A DNA stretch of 63,800 nucleotides, the filler included. It is 16 parts of 16 records of this genome, joined end to end, with 100 filler letters (N's around TTAATTAATTAA, not from the genome) between each part and the next. Parts side by side here need not be neighbours in the genome. Positions count along the whole stretch, not along the records: positions 17,008 to 20,859 come from SRR7504441_132496; positions 20,960 to 24,329 come from SRR7504441_132510; positions 24,430 to 28,003 come from SRR7504441_132965; positions 28,104 to 31,600 come from SRR7504441_133024; 12 more parts are not named here. The stretch is one strand, 5' to 3'. The translations under genes and the position numbers were made by a program. Positions within the stretch are counted from its first letter, which is position 1. Every line of letters begins with the position of its first letter. The notes below the pieces were generated by a model that had not been told where the DNA came from, did no database searches, and was given only the letters and a program-made list of their open reading frames with translations. Shown here piece after piece: positions 17,620 through 28,655 of the stretch.

Positions 17620-18609
17620 TCACGTGCTGCAGGCAAATGATGGATATGAGGGCACATCGCTCTTGTGCGCATCGAGCTGTGCCATTTCCTGGCTGCTCAG
17701 CTGCCACGACCAGAGATCAAGGTCGGAGGCCAGATGGGCTGGATTCGCCGACTTGGTCACGGCGGCTATCCCCTGTTGCACTACATACTTGAGTGCGACC
17801 TGCACGGTGCTCACGTTGTGCGCCTGGGCAATGCCCCGGCTGAGCGGACCGTCCAGAATATCCTGGCTCGCGTGGTGAGACCACGGCGTGTTACCGAGCA
17901 CCGAGTAGGCCTGTGTCTGCACGTTGTTTGCCTTACCGTATGCTACGAGCGCCTTGGCCGCTTTGTTGACGCCAGAGCCGAGGTGAAACATGATCTGATT
18001 GACCATCGGGAAGACGGGCTCGTGCCGCAGGCACTCAAAGCAGCTCGGGCAGTAGTTGGACACCCCGATCGCCTTGGCCTTGCCTGCGGTGTAGAACTCT
18101 TGCATCGCGCGCCACTGACTCCTGGCCATTTCGCACGCTCCGGTGAGGTTCGAGCAGGACCGGGCGATGAAAGAGGGGAACGGCGGGAAGTGGAGCAGCA
18201 CGAGGTCGACATACTCCAACCCCAGCTGGTCCAGGTTGGTCTGCAGGTTGGCCGCGGTGTCCTGGAAGCAACGGAACGGGTTCCGCGTCGTGTTCTCAAG
18301 TGGGTTGGCACACCCAGGGACCTTGGTCTGGACAAAGATCTGGCTCCGATTGAGCCCGGACCCGGCGATCGCCTTGCCCACCCCCGCTTGGTTGTGGTAG
18401 TCAAGAGCGTTGTCCAGCCCTCGAAAGCCGGCCTTCAGTGCAGAGGCCACCGAGGCCTGAGCGGTCGACTGGTTGTACTGGTAGACTCCGGCCGCCAGCA
18501 TGGGCATCTCTACCCCGTTGGCCAGCCGTACCGTCGGGGCTAGCCCAGTGGTGGCCAACACCAAGCTCAACCAGGTCGCCAGCAGCGCAACGCACCAGGC
18601 CGCCTTCAT
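17620..18609 (-). CDS. Aldo-keto reductase with N-terminal signal peptide
   Basis: ATG at 18609 (MKAAWCVALLATWLSLVLA); tetrad in LDNALDY / QTKV / LVLLHFP; AIGVSNY, NQI, VTKS; no introns. Confidence 0.92.
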   Translation of the reverse strand: MKAAWCVALLATWLSLVLATTGLAPTVRLANGVEMPMLAAGVYQYNQSTAQASVASALKAGFRGLDNALDYHNQAGVGKAIAGSGLNRSQIFVQTKVPGCANPLENTTRNPFRCFQDTAANLQTNLDQLGLEYVDLVLLHFPPFPSFIARSCSNLTGACEMARSQWRAMQEFYTAGKAKAIGVSNYCPSCFECLRHEPVFPMVNQIMFHLGSGVNKAAKALVAYGKANNVQTQAYSVLGNTPWSHHASQDILDGPLSRGIAQAHNVSTVQVALKYVVQQGIAAVTKSANPAHLASDLDLWSWQLSSQEMAQLDAHKSDVPSYPSFACST

Positions 18610-18638
18610 TGTCACAAACTGAGTAACGGAACGCGGAG

Positions 18639-20004
18639 ATGAAACGGCGAGCCGGTGCGGCCGGAGAGCGCCGCGCTCGCCCAGCCAGCAACCCGTTTGG
18701 CGTCCGGCCCGTCCAGCCGACCGGGCGGCCGCCCAGCCTGCTCGACCGGCTCTCGCAGCTCCCCAAGCCCGGCGAGCCGGCGCTCAAGCAGGACGGGATG
18801 AAGAACAGTCTGCCAGTCCCGGACCAGGATGCAGAGAGCCTGCCGAGTCCGAAACGGGCTCTAGACAAGGGCGTGCCAGCTACCAGGCCTGCGCCCGCGC
18901 CAGCCGGTGCGCGCGTGGAGCCCGTGACCGAGGAGACTCTGCTGGCCGATCTGCCGACCGAGCAACGGCGGCTGGCCTCGCTGCCACGGGACCTGAGCCT
19001 CAAGGCATCGATACGGTTCGCCGCCCCGTCGCCGATCGACCCCAAGAGTCTGGACCGCACCGCGCTGGCCCTGGCGATCACCCGAGACAGCCACCACTCC
19101 GCGGCGGTCAAGCTGCACCGGGCCCGTCTCCACTGGCGCCACCCAGGTCTGCCCCCGCCCGCCGCCCGCTTGAGCCTCCCGCAGCCGGGCTCTACCCGCT
19201 GCCTGGGTTCGACCTCGGGTCCGGGCAGCCGGCGGACCTGGTCGCAGCCCGACAGGCCGACTGGGAGGCCGCGTTCTGCAGTGGGTTCGAGGGGCTAGAG
19301 CTCGCCGAGCGGAGCGAGCTATATGGCATCTGGCCACAGGTGCCCTGCTGGGGAGGCTGGCGAGCCGGGGCAGTTCGTTGCGGGGCTGGTGGTTTCTGAC
19401 GGCCAGTGGGCTTGCTGCCTGGCCAGCCCGAGCCGCAAGCTCAGGGAGCGGATAGCGACAGAGACCGGTGCACGAGCCGCGCGCTGCACGCGTGAGCAAC
19501 TGCTGGCAGGTCTAACGCTGCAAGCGCCGACAGGCAGCTCAGGCCGAGCCGACGCGTGCCCCGTGATGGTGCAAGGCCGCAAGCCAGTGGCTAAGCTTGT
19601 TGGCTGGCTCCGGCAGTACCGGTGCCGCCGCTAGCCCGCGTCATGACCAGCTCGCCTGGGGCAGACCGAGCTCGTGCGTGGACCTGCCTCGGCTACTGAG
19701 CGACCGGCCCTTCCTGCACGCGGAGCTAGCCCAGCTCGAGTTAGGCTACTGCGGCCCAATACAAGGCGCCGGCAATCCCGAGCATTGTCTAGATGTGAAA
19801 GGGCCGGTGTTGCCATCCGCGCTGCCCAATCTGTGCCAAGCGCTGGCGGCACAGCTGCCCGCCGGGTATCGGCTGCAAGCTGTGCCGTTTAAAAAGACAG
19901 AAGGGATCAATCGGTGCTTGCGGGATGTGTCGGCGCTCCAGGACGCTGAGACATTGAGTAAAGCAGAATGGCATTCCGAGCCTGCAGAGTTTGTGATACA
20001 ATAA
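18639..20004 (+). CDS. DONSON: DONSON-like replisome protein, 3 introns
   Basis: Spliced motifs LPRDLSLKASIRF, HWRHP, DWEAAFCS, SPSRKLRERI, DLPRLLSDRPFLHAEL and LDVKGPVLPSAL follow the DONSON family pattern. Confidence 0.75.
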
Positions 20005-20118
20005 ATCCCGTACCATTATTCATAATCAATTGAATTTAAATCTAAATCCTAAGCTACTATTCACGCAGAAATATTTATTGTCATGTGCTCGCTCCGTAGT
20101 TTGAGTCGACAGATCGCG

Positions 20119-20859
20119 TCATTGTGGCGAGCACCCAAGTTCCATGGAGCCCCGAAGCAGGGCCTGCCGGCTTGCCCGCTGAGCTGCCGGCTTGCCCGCC
20201 CGGTACTTATCGCTGTAAAACTTGACAAACAGCCCGAGGATGCTCGCGCCCCAGGCGATGCTGGCCAGCGCCACGCTCCGGGGGAAAGCGGCTGTCTCTG
20301 CGAAGGCCAGGTGACAGCTCATCATCAGCATTAGAACAAAGTGGTGCCCGATCTGGGCCCGGGTGAGCCAGGGCTTCCACCACATCCCGCCAGGCGGAAA
20401 GCTGTAGCTGGCGGTGATCAAGTAGTGCGAGTACATGAGCACGTGGACCAGCGAGTTCAGCATCGGCAGAGCGCACGCGACCCCGGCCCCGTGACCCTCG
20501 CTGAGCAGGAACGCAAAGAGCGGTATGATGCTGCCGTGGTGCCACAGGTGCAGCGCGGTCAGCTGCTCGGTCTTCTTGCCCAGCACGATGAAGGCAGTGT
20601 CCATGAGATCGAGCACCTTGCACCCGTAGTACACGAGCACCCAAAATTCCACAGCCGCATTCGGCACGATCGCCATCCCCCAGCCATGCTCCCCGGACAG
20701 GAAGTACGGGAGCAGGCTGCTGAACACGACCTGCCCCACAGCTCAGCGCCGCCAGCCCCGGTGGTGAGGCACCGACGAGGCCGCTACTTGGGTGGCGTTG
20801 TACGCTTGCTTGGCCAACTTTAGCCGGACAGGGGCTCGATGGTGCATGAGCCGCGTGCC
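20119..20859 (-). CDS. ELO/GNS1 fatty acid elongase (5' truncated)
   Basis: YNATQV, KVLDLMDTAFIVL, LHLWHH histidine box, NSLVHVLMYSHY, WKPWLTRAQIG; one intron near 20731-20772. Confidence 0.92.
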
Positions 20860-21139
20860 NNNNNNNNNNNNNNNNNNNNNNNNNNNNNNNNNNNNNNNNN
20901 NNNTTAATTAATTAANNNNNNNNNNNNNNNNNNNNNNNNNNNNNNNNNNNNNNNNNNNNTGGTTTGTTAAGTTGTTAAGAACTGCTTTTTAAGATGTTAA
21001 GAACTGGGGAAGTCCTACTGTATCAGTCCAATTAGCGGCCGGGCTGACTGACTGACTTACATGTACTGATAACGGGCGCGAAGAGGTCCCTGGTAGGGCG
21101 GGCTGAGGCCGGCAGCCCGCCTGGGGCGCGTGGATTAGG

Positions 21140-21576
21140 ATGCCGAGGCTGGAATGCCAGTGGAAGGCGGGCTGCACCTGCACTCAATATACCCCGGATC
21201 CGGCTGTGAGTCCTGAGTTCAGCAGGTATGATTGGTTGCTTGCAGCGGGAGGGCCAGTGCACATGTGGTCACGGTGCCGCTTGGCACCGTCGGATCCCCT
21301 ATGATGATAGCCGGATGCAGCTGTGGAATGATAGCTACGGCAGGTTATTGTATGAAGTTCATTGCCTCGGCCTCAATGTGGGGGTGCAGGCGAAAGCCCA
21401 AAAGACGATCTTTGGTGGTTGAAGCCGTTGGCGCGGATAGCTGGACCGATGAGGAGCGTGATGAGATCATAACACAATGCATTTTGGCCGACGGACGATT
21501 TCCTTTGCGTGTTCCCCTTGGCGATGTTGTTAGAGTATTCAACGAGTTGATCGACAAAAAAATGATTTTGACTTGA
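21140..21576 (+). CDS. Small protein with N-terminal Cys/His zinc-binding motif, 2 introns
   Basis: Splicing gives MPRLECQWKAGCTCTQYTPDPAREGQCTCGHGAAWH...RRKPKRRSL...DKKMILT*. Confidence 0.55.
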
Positions 21577-21992
21577 AAGGTACAGGGTATCGATCTCTCT
21601 ATGAAAGGAAACCAATCGACTGTTGTAAGCGATTACCGACCATGTTACCGACAGTACGCGTATAGGCGTCAACCGGTTGCGCATGCATCATCGGTGCATC
21701 GCCTGTCAGTTGACGTACTAATAACTCAGTAAGCCGGCCTAAAGCCGGCCGGCCTGTTTCAGACTTATGATTGAGAGATTGTCAATCCTGCAGCCTACCT
21801 GCAGCCGAGCCGGTAGTCAATCCGCCAGCCGTATAATTAATCAGATTCACAGAGTGAAATTTATTCAATAATTTGTTATAATTGAAGTATATTTCGCAAT
21901 CAAGTACACTGATCAAGTATATAGATCTATAGCTAGCATTATGAGCCCAAATGAAGCTGACCTCCAGGCTCCAGCCTTTTCGCTTGACTCGA

Positions 21993-22829
21993 TTAGAACT
22001 CGATACCCGCATCCATCATTGCCTCAGAGTCGCTAAATTGGTCATAAAGCATCGTAAAGTTCAGTGCGTCCTTGGACATTGAGCGATTTAGCGACGATTT
22101 GGCTCGCCCAAACCAGCTCGTTGACGGCAAGTCCTCTGGTGTGCCGAATCGGATCGCAAGTAGCACGAGGAGCCACGCAAGGTAGTTACCTGAAAACCAG
22201 CCCTGGGCTCCCTGAGTATCCCCGTTCTTGTAGATGAAGTTCATCTGATTTACCTGACCTTTGTCCATCTCTCCTGGTGCTGGGATGGTCTGGTGTCTCC
22301 AGTGCCACATGACCACTCCCCACATCAGAGTGCTCCACAGCATGTGTCCACGGGCGTATCCCTCCGCACTGTGGGGGAGACCCGGCGCAAGCCCGTGGCG
22401 CATCAAGTATGAGCAGAACGAGTACAGTGTGCGAATTCCGATTGCCATGTTGATCTGCCGCTTTAGTGACGCGTCGGCAGGGTCCCGCACCATAAAGTTG
22501 TAGCCGGCCGCGCAGCCTGCGACGAAACTGTGCCACTGTTCGGGCTCCTTAACTCCCTGAAGTATCATCAGGGCCCGTTCCACTAGCTTAAACAGGAACG
22601 AGATCCGCGCGATCACCCATCCGTGCTTGAGGCCCTGCTCAGCGTAGAACTTTATGGACTTGAACAGTGGGCGCGGCGCCTTGTTGAACAGGTAAGGGCG
22701 CACCAGGCCAGTCAGTGCATACGGTATACGCGTTTCCACCCCGAAGTAAAGGCCCTGTCGGATAGCCCGGATCAAGTCGCCCGCAAGCCCCTCCTGGTCG
22801 ATGAAGGCAGCCACGGCCTGCAGCACCAT
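21993..22829 (-). CDS. PXMP4: Peroxisomal membrane protein 4-like (Tim17 superfamily)
   Basis: AIRQGLYFGVETRIPYAL, WHSFVAGCAAGY, QINM, WGVVMWHW, QMNFIY. Confidence 0.75.
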   Translation of the reverse strand: MVLQAVAAFIDQEGLAGDLIRAIRQGLYFGVETRIPYALTGLVRPYLFNKAPRPLFKSIKFYAEQGLKHGWVIARISFLFKLVERALMILQGVKEPEQWHSFVAGCAAGYNFMVRDPADASLKRQINMAIGIRTLYSFCSYLMRHGLAPGLPHSAEGYARGHMLWSTLMWGVVMWHWRHQTIPAPGEMDKGQVNQMNFIYKNGDTQGAQGWFSGNYLAWLLVLLAIRFGTPEDLPSTSWFGRAKSSLNRSMSKDALNFTMLYDQFSDSEAMMDAGIEF

Positions 22830-23298
22830 CGCCCAACGGCATTAACACTGAGTTGCTATACCTTGTACCCGGGCCACAGGTTTGCTCCGGTCTGGACGGC
22901 TCCGATCAAGCGGTGCCATGGAGGTAGACCGACAGCGCGGGGGACTCGGAGAATACCGTGAACCAGCCTGGTCCGGCGACTACTCGGACGATCAAGTCGT
23001 GCAGCTCAGCCCAGTCCGGCCGCCACCGCAGGAGCCTGACCAACTTGGTGTGGATCATTCAAATTAAAAACCAGAAAGTATCTACGATTCACACATTAAA
23101 AAATGAAAAGAGACCTCTACAGCCGTAACTATTCTTTTTTAAGCTACTGAATATTGAATAAACAGTTGATACTGACTCTTGTTGATATGCTCGTAGTATT
23201 GATTCTCGCATAATTATACGTATAATTATACTATGTCATCGTGTATACAATATTTTGTGTGATGACATCAGTAAATTACGCTTGATTGTATCAGCGCG

Positions 23299-24267
23299 CT
23301 AGCTAGCATCAAGTAATGTTATACTATCTACTAGTGTATCAACACGGTCTTTGTGCACCCGTGACTGCCATTGACACGACACAACCCATATGCGGAAGCC
23401 ACACAGCAGGCGATGCCTCTCTGCCACCTCGTTGGGCTGTGCGCATACTCCGCTCCGCATCAAACAGTGACAAGCAGATGTCTTGCTGTGTAGCCATCTG
23501 TGGAAATATTGCTTCATCTGTGTTGCTGCATGATGGCTGAAAAGCGTCTCGGCGGCGACAATGCTCAGCTCAGAGCGAATAGCCTGATGCAGCTGCCACC
23601 GCCACATGCACCAAGCGGATGCAGTGATTTGTACCGTAGGCTCTGGACATGTCAGAGCCCGAGAGGCTGTTCCCAGCTCGCGTACTATCTGCCGATCGAG
23701 GACATTATTTAGCGCCTCGATTCTCACCGACAGCGGGCTTGGCATGTTATCTGTGCGGGCTGCAGCTGTGGGTGCATGAGGATCCCTGCGCGTTATGGAC
23801 AGCTCTTCCTCCAGCATCGACAGGGCCTCCAGATTCCAACCTGAGGTAGATCGCAGGCCTGCCTCAGCCGCAGGCGAGGACTCGCCACCCGCATTGCGAT
23901 CACTAATATTGCGCCTCCGACTGAGAATCAAACTGTACCAAACCTTCCAGACAGCCGCCATCTCCAGCACCATCCAGCGTGTCATGCCGAGGAGAACGAG
24001 GTCCAACGACGACAGGTTCACACCAAGATCAGTAGACATCACCGCGAGCTGCTGTCCATAAAAGCGCGCCGCTGGCACGCATTCAGTCGCAGCAAGCCTA
24101 ACCGCCACGGCGTCCAGACAGCTAAGGTCCAACCTGCCTTCCGGCAGGATCGTCGTTCTCCTGCTGTGGGTAGTGTCCTGACAAGTGGGACCTATCATTG
24201 TTGCCTGGCACGCGAAGCCCCTTCTGCAGCGGCCATACCCGCGCAATGTGCCCAATGGTTGAATCAA
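23299..24267 (-). CDS. Uncharacterised protein (probably 5' incomplete) with Trp-containing helical repeats
   Basis: 322-aa open frame with AWCMWRW, YFHRW and GFRIW segments; no firm family assignment. Confidence 0.5.
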   Translation of the reverse strand: MIQPLGTLRGYGRCRRGFACQATMIGPTCQDTTHSRRTTILPEGRLDLSCLDAVAVRLAATECVPAARFYGQQLAVMSTDLGVNLSSLDLVLLGMTRWMVLEMAAVWKVWYSLILSRRRNISDRNAGGESSPAAEAGLRSTSGWNLEALSMLEEELSITRRDPHAPTAAARTDNMPSPLSVRIEALNNVLDRQIVRELGTASRALTCPEPTVQITASAWCMWRWQLHQAIRSELSIVAAETLFSHHAATQMKQYFHRWLHSKTSACHCLMRSGVCAQPNEVAERHRLLCGFRIWVVSCQWQSRVHKDRVDTLVDSITLLDAS

Positions 24268-24537
24268 AAATTGAGGTTTCGCAATGGGGTATGAGCATGA
24301 TGGTTAGTTCTCCTGGGCGAATGGCAGAGNNNNNNNNNNNNNNNNNNNNNNNNNNNNNNNNNNNNNNNNNNNNTTAATTAATTAANNNNNNNNNNNNNNN
24401 NNNNNNNNNNNNNNNNNNNNNNNNNNNNNACGTAGGGTTGATGAGCTCCAACTTAACGTATCCTGTACTTTACGGTGCTATCAATGAGATTCTCAGTCAT
24501 TCGAAGGGCAATGATTAAAATTTACTTGAAGTTAGAA

Positions 24538-26201
24538 TTACATGTACTCGTTCCTATCCGGCAGGCGAGCCAGGCAGCCTTTAGGTGCGGGATGAGCCGC
24601 TAACCAGGTCTGGGCGGCGGTCGCTACATTTGGAACATCGTAATATTCGGCTGGCAGCCGCTCAGGTAGTTCCACCGAAGCCACAAGTCTCACCGACTGC
24701 GGCATATCCTTGACAGTGATGATCTTGCCTGCCGAATACCCATCGCCATCGAGCACCAATCCAGTCCACTTGGCATCATTCACAAACTCAAACTCGCTCA
24801 CAGCATAATGTGCACCAAAGCTGTATGCCAACCCGCAGAAATGTTCCATTGGCGGCTTAAAGAACTGCATCATTCTCCTGAAGCCTGGAAACTGAGAGTA
24901 GGTCATGTAACTCACCTACAAGCTCACACTCGGTTTATTCGCACACATGCCAGTCACCCAGAGCTGCCGCCCTACACAGCCGTTGTACGGGTTACGATGG
25001 CTTGCCACAATCCAAAAGAAATCATCGATCACACGCACAGCAGGCCCATCTGAAGGCTTGAGAAGTAGGGCCCCTGAGTGGCAAAACCTAGTGCGAGTCA
25101 GTACCGGGGCCTAAAGCTGGCGCCTCTCACATCTTGGGAAGCAGATTCGTCACAATCAAGTTGGCAAAAATCCCAAACATCGGACCTAATGTGAAGCGCC
25201 ACTCTGAAGCTCCTTTACAGACCCGATAGGGCATTCGGCCTGCGGGCATAGGCTCAAGTCCATGCATTCTTTGTAATGAGGCAGGCAGACAGACCGATAT
25301 GCATCGCTTCAAATGCAATGGATGAGAGCGAACCAGAGTCCGAGACTTGCATGATTGAAGCTCTCCGGGTGGTGCTACTTAATGCAAGTGCAGCCAGTTC
25401 TTCCACTCCAGGCAGGCCCGCAGTCACTCCGTAGAAATTCATCGTCCCTTGGGGCAGCAGTGCCACCTGCAAACCGCCAGCTTACACATAGGTGTGCTCT
25501 GGATTCACCGGCGTACACTGCAGAACGCCTTTGTTCTGCAGCCCCTGGAGCACCTCGTGAATTGTCCCGTCACCGCCCACTGCAATCAGCCCGCAGTCCG
25601 CCGAGCCCCAGTGCTCAGCCAACGCCATCGCGTGGCCATGATGCTCAGTGTGCACCACCGTTAGCGCGGGAGCATCGCAGCTCCATGCCGGCATCAGCTC
25701 AGACTGCACAACTTGGGCGGCCTGACCCGACCCCGAGACTGGCGAACAGATGACCACCCACCGAGCAGCCGGCGCAGGTTCCGGCGGTCGGAATAGCGAG
25801 AAGCCAGGCCCGAAGAGCCGCTCCTTCCGCCGAGCGTACGACTGGTAGTCCCAGTAATCTTTCCACCTCTGGATCCGGCCGTCCACTACATCGAACGCAC
25901 CGCAGATCGGTATTTCAAGCCACTGGCCGTCAATGTAGAAGCGATCGAGCCGCTCGGTCAGGACTACCCCGTTCACTTCGTCGGCCGCCAGCCGCAGCTC
26001 GCGCAGCTCGGCCTGATCGCACCAGATGCACGGAGAGCTGCCGAAGAACTGCCGGAATTGCTCCAGCCCGGCGATCTGCTTGGAGGCCGGCAGCGGCTCG
26101 TTCTGGTAAACGATGTCGTCGGCGCACAGCCCGCACATGGCCTCGAGGTCGCGCGCAGACTGCGCCTTGAGGAACGCTCTTACGGTTTGCTCGGCTCGCA
26201 T
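24538..26201 (-). CDS. Limonene-epoxide-hydrolase (SnoaL/NTF2-like) domain fused to a DAGK/sphingosine-kinase-family domain, 4 introns
   Basis: IVYQNEP, VLTERLD and WKDYWD, then in the same exon CSPVSGSG, TEHHGHA and AVGGDGTIHEVLQGL; after splicing, LPQGTMN and VLDGD. Confidence 0.85.
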
Positions 26202-26294
26202 CTTCCTTGCAGCCGCGGCCTGGATCTCAACGACTTGCCGTTGCCGACTGAACGGACATCCTTGGCGGGGAGGTCGACAAAGAAGGTCACAGAG

Positions 26295-27698
26295 ATGGAC
26301 GGCATCGTCAATCTTATCATCCGGCCACCCAGGTCGCGCTACTCGGACGGTGCCCAGTGGCTTGAGCGGCGGCCGATCCCGGGGCAGCGGACTTGTTGTT
26401 TGAGGACGCGGAGATCCACGGGGTGCATGTGGTCCGGCAGGACTTCACGCTGCGCAACCGGCGCGGGCTCCGACTCGAGTGCTCGCACTGGCAATTCGGC
26501 CGGTCGGACGTGCCGGTGCCGTGCGTGGTTTACCTACACGGCAACTCCGGCTGCCGCGTGGAGGCTCAGACCTCCAACCTTGTGCCCCAGCCGGCGGGAT
26601 TGGGCGAGCCCGGCCAGGTTTACATGTTGCTCACCGCCGGATTCACGGTGTTTGCGTTCGACTTTGGCGGGAGCGGCCAGTCCGAGGGCGAGTACATCTC
26701 TCTCGGCTGGTTGGCCGCGGGTCGGGTATCGGGCCGAGCTGGGTGGGCAGGTGGGAGCGGGAGGACTTGGATATAGTGCTGGCCTACCTGCGGAGCTGCC
26801 GCAACGTGTCCAACATCGGGATCTGGGTGGCCCAAGACCGCCGGGGCGGCTCGATCCCGGGCGGCAGGGCAGGAGTATGGGCGCCGTGACTGCGCTGATG
26901 CACGCGTACCGGTACGCCGCACCTACCGCGAGTGCTGAGCTGCTTGCAGTGACCCAGCGATTGGGGCGCTTGTGCTGGACTCGGCCTTCTCCTCGCTGAC
27001 CCAGCTGGTGTACGAGCTAGTGGACAAGAAGGCCTCCTCGTGGGTGCCCAAGTACGCCAGCCCCCGTGCGCACCTGAGCTCTTTTAGGTGGCTGGTGGAC
27101 ACAGCGCTTTCGACGGTGGAGACAAGAGTGCACGAGAAGGTGCACTTCGAGATTTCTAACCTAGAGCCGATCGCACACGTAGCCGACTGGTGCGCTGCCT
27201 GATTGGGGCCGGCCGCTCACGAGGGGACACAGCCACATGCCAGCGCTGTTTGCCACCTCTTCGACTGACAGTTTCATTAGCCCGGAGCATACTTATGCCC
27301 TGCAGCGGCAGTACGGCGGACAGACGCAACTGGTCACCTTCCGGGGCACCCACAGGTCGCCCCGCCCGATGGACTTTATAGAAACGGGGCTTGGTTTCCT
27401 CTCTGAGAAGCTGCATTCACCTCGGGCTGATATCGAGCCGGTGTTGGTTGCATTTGAGGAGGATCGCCGGATGGATCAGTTCTTGGAGGAGGTGGCGGTG
27501 CTGTGCGAAGAAACAGAGACGGTTCTGCCTCTGATTCCGGCCGACGATGTGTTTCGGAAGATTAAAGAGGCGATCCGGCTGGGACACGACCCAAATGATT
27601 GTCCGCACATGACCCGAGAAGAACTCAATTTGCTCGAGTATTACTCCAAGTCAAGCCAGCCTGACCAAAGGCCTAAGCTCAAACAGAGCGTCGAGTAG
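26295..27698 (+). CDS. Alpha/beta hydrolase (YqkD/ABHD-like), about 7 introns
   Basis: IVNLIIRPPRSRY, VYLHGNSGCRVEA, FDFGGSGQSEGEYISLG, nucleophile WGRSMGA, DSFISPEH, GTHRSPRP. Confidence 0.9.
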
Positions 27699-28103
27699 CT
27701 TCGCTGCATGCTGCTAGCAATGCCGCATTTGCAAGCCTTCTTATTCATCTTTTAACTACATGTATCTTTCCACTAAAATCTAGCGATTAAGTCTTTTATA
27801 CGTAACAAGCTTCCAGCTTCCAGCTTCCAGCTCAACTTGGAAGTCCTCATCCAATCGATATTACCTTGACTATCGCCTCATTGCGAGGTCCATGGGCTTC
27901 ATGGAGATACATTTACCCCATTTGGGTCAGAAGCACCCAAGATGGACGACGCCATGATGTGTTGTGCAACAGATGGGGCCATCTCGGCCTGGGCCTCGCC
28001 GCANNNNNNNNNNNNNNNNNNNNNNNNNNNNNNNNNNNNNNNNNNNNTTAATTAATTAANNNNNNNNNNNNNNNNNNNNNNNNNNNNNNNNNNNNNNNNN
28101 NNN

Positions 28104-28417
28104 ACACGAACAAGGACGACAAGGTGCACGCAGAAGAGCTCGTAGAGATCATCCAACGCAAGCCGGCCACAGTGGATTCGGCCACCGGTGATTTGATTAG
28201 ATCGCTGCTCGAGCTGACCTTTATGTGCGCAGGGCTTTACAGGACAGTCAGCAGTACTGATCAAGCCCATCAGATTGCGTCTGAGGTGCTCGGAGGCAAG
28301 GAGTCGCTTACACTCGAGGAGTTCAAGCAACGTGCAGCCGAGCATCCTGAGATTTTGCATCATGCAATGGCTGACCTATCGCGGTGGATGGAGGGCGTCG
28401 TCTCGATCGATGGATGA
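28104..28417 (+). CDS. C-terminal part of an EF-hand (calcineurin-B/recoverin-like) protein
   Basis: TNKDDKVHAEEL and SLTLEEFKQRAAEHPEIL. Confidence 0.6.
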
Positions 28418-28655
28418 ACGTCTTCAAGCTAACCACCCGGCGAGTCTACAGAAACAGTTTACATGAATTAATACGTACTCACTCAATTACGTGAGTACGT
28501 GATTCTATTGATTAATTATTTACTAAAGTTCTAGTACCAGTACGTACCATTACACAATCACTTATGTACGAGTACAAGTCATGTAGGCCGCTAGATCAGT
28601 AGATCTAGACTATAGTACAGCGACGGGCGCACAGGGCGCAGGCTCATGTACTCGT

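Noticed and set aside
17665-18543. Long antisense or alternative-frame ORFs (also 12362..13138, 26058..26999, 37780..38778, 51526..52344)
   Set aside because: Shadow ORFs of GC-rich coding regions that overlap better-supported genes and contain no recognisable motifs.
15987-18609. AKR gene cluster
   Set aside because: The two AKRs are on different contigs separated by a spacer.
22918-23067. 49-aa ORF divergent from PXMP4
   Set aside because: No motif, and an abrupt GC-to-AT switch near 23055; it could be a micro-gene or a truncated chimeric start, but I cannot support either.
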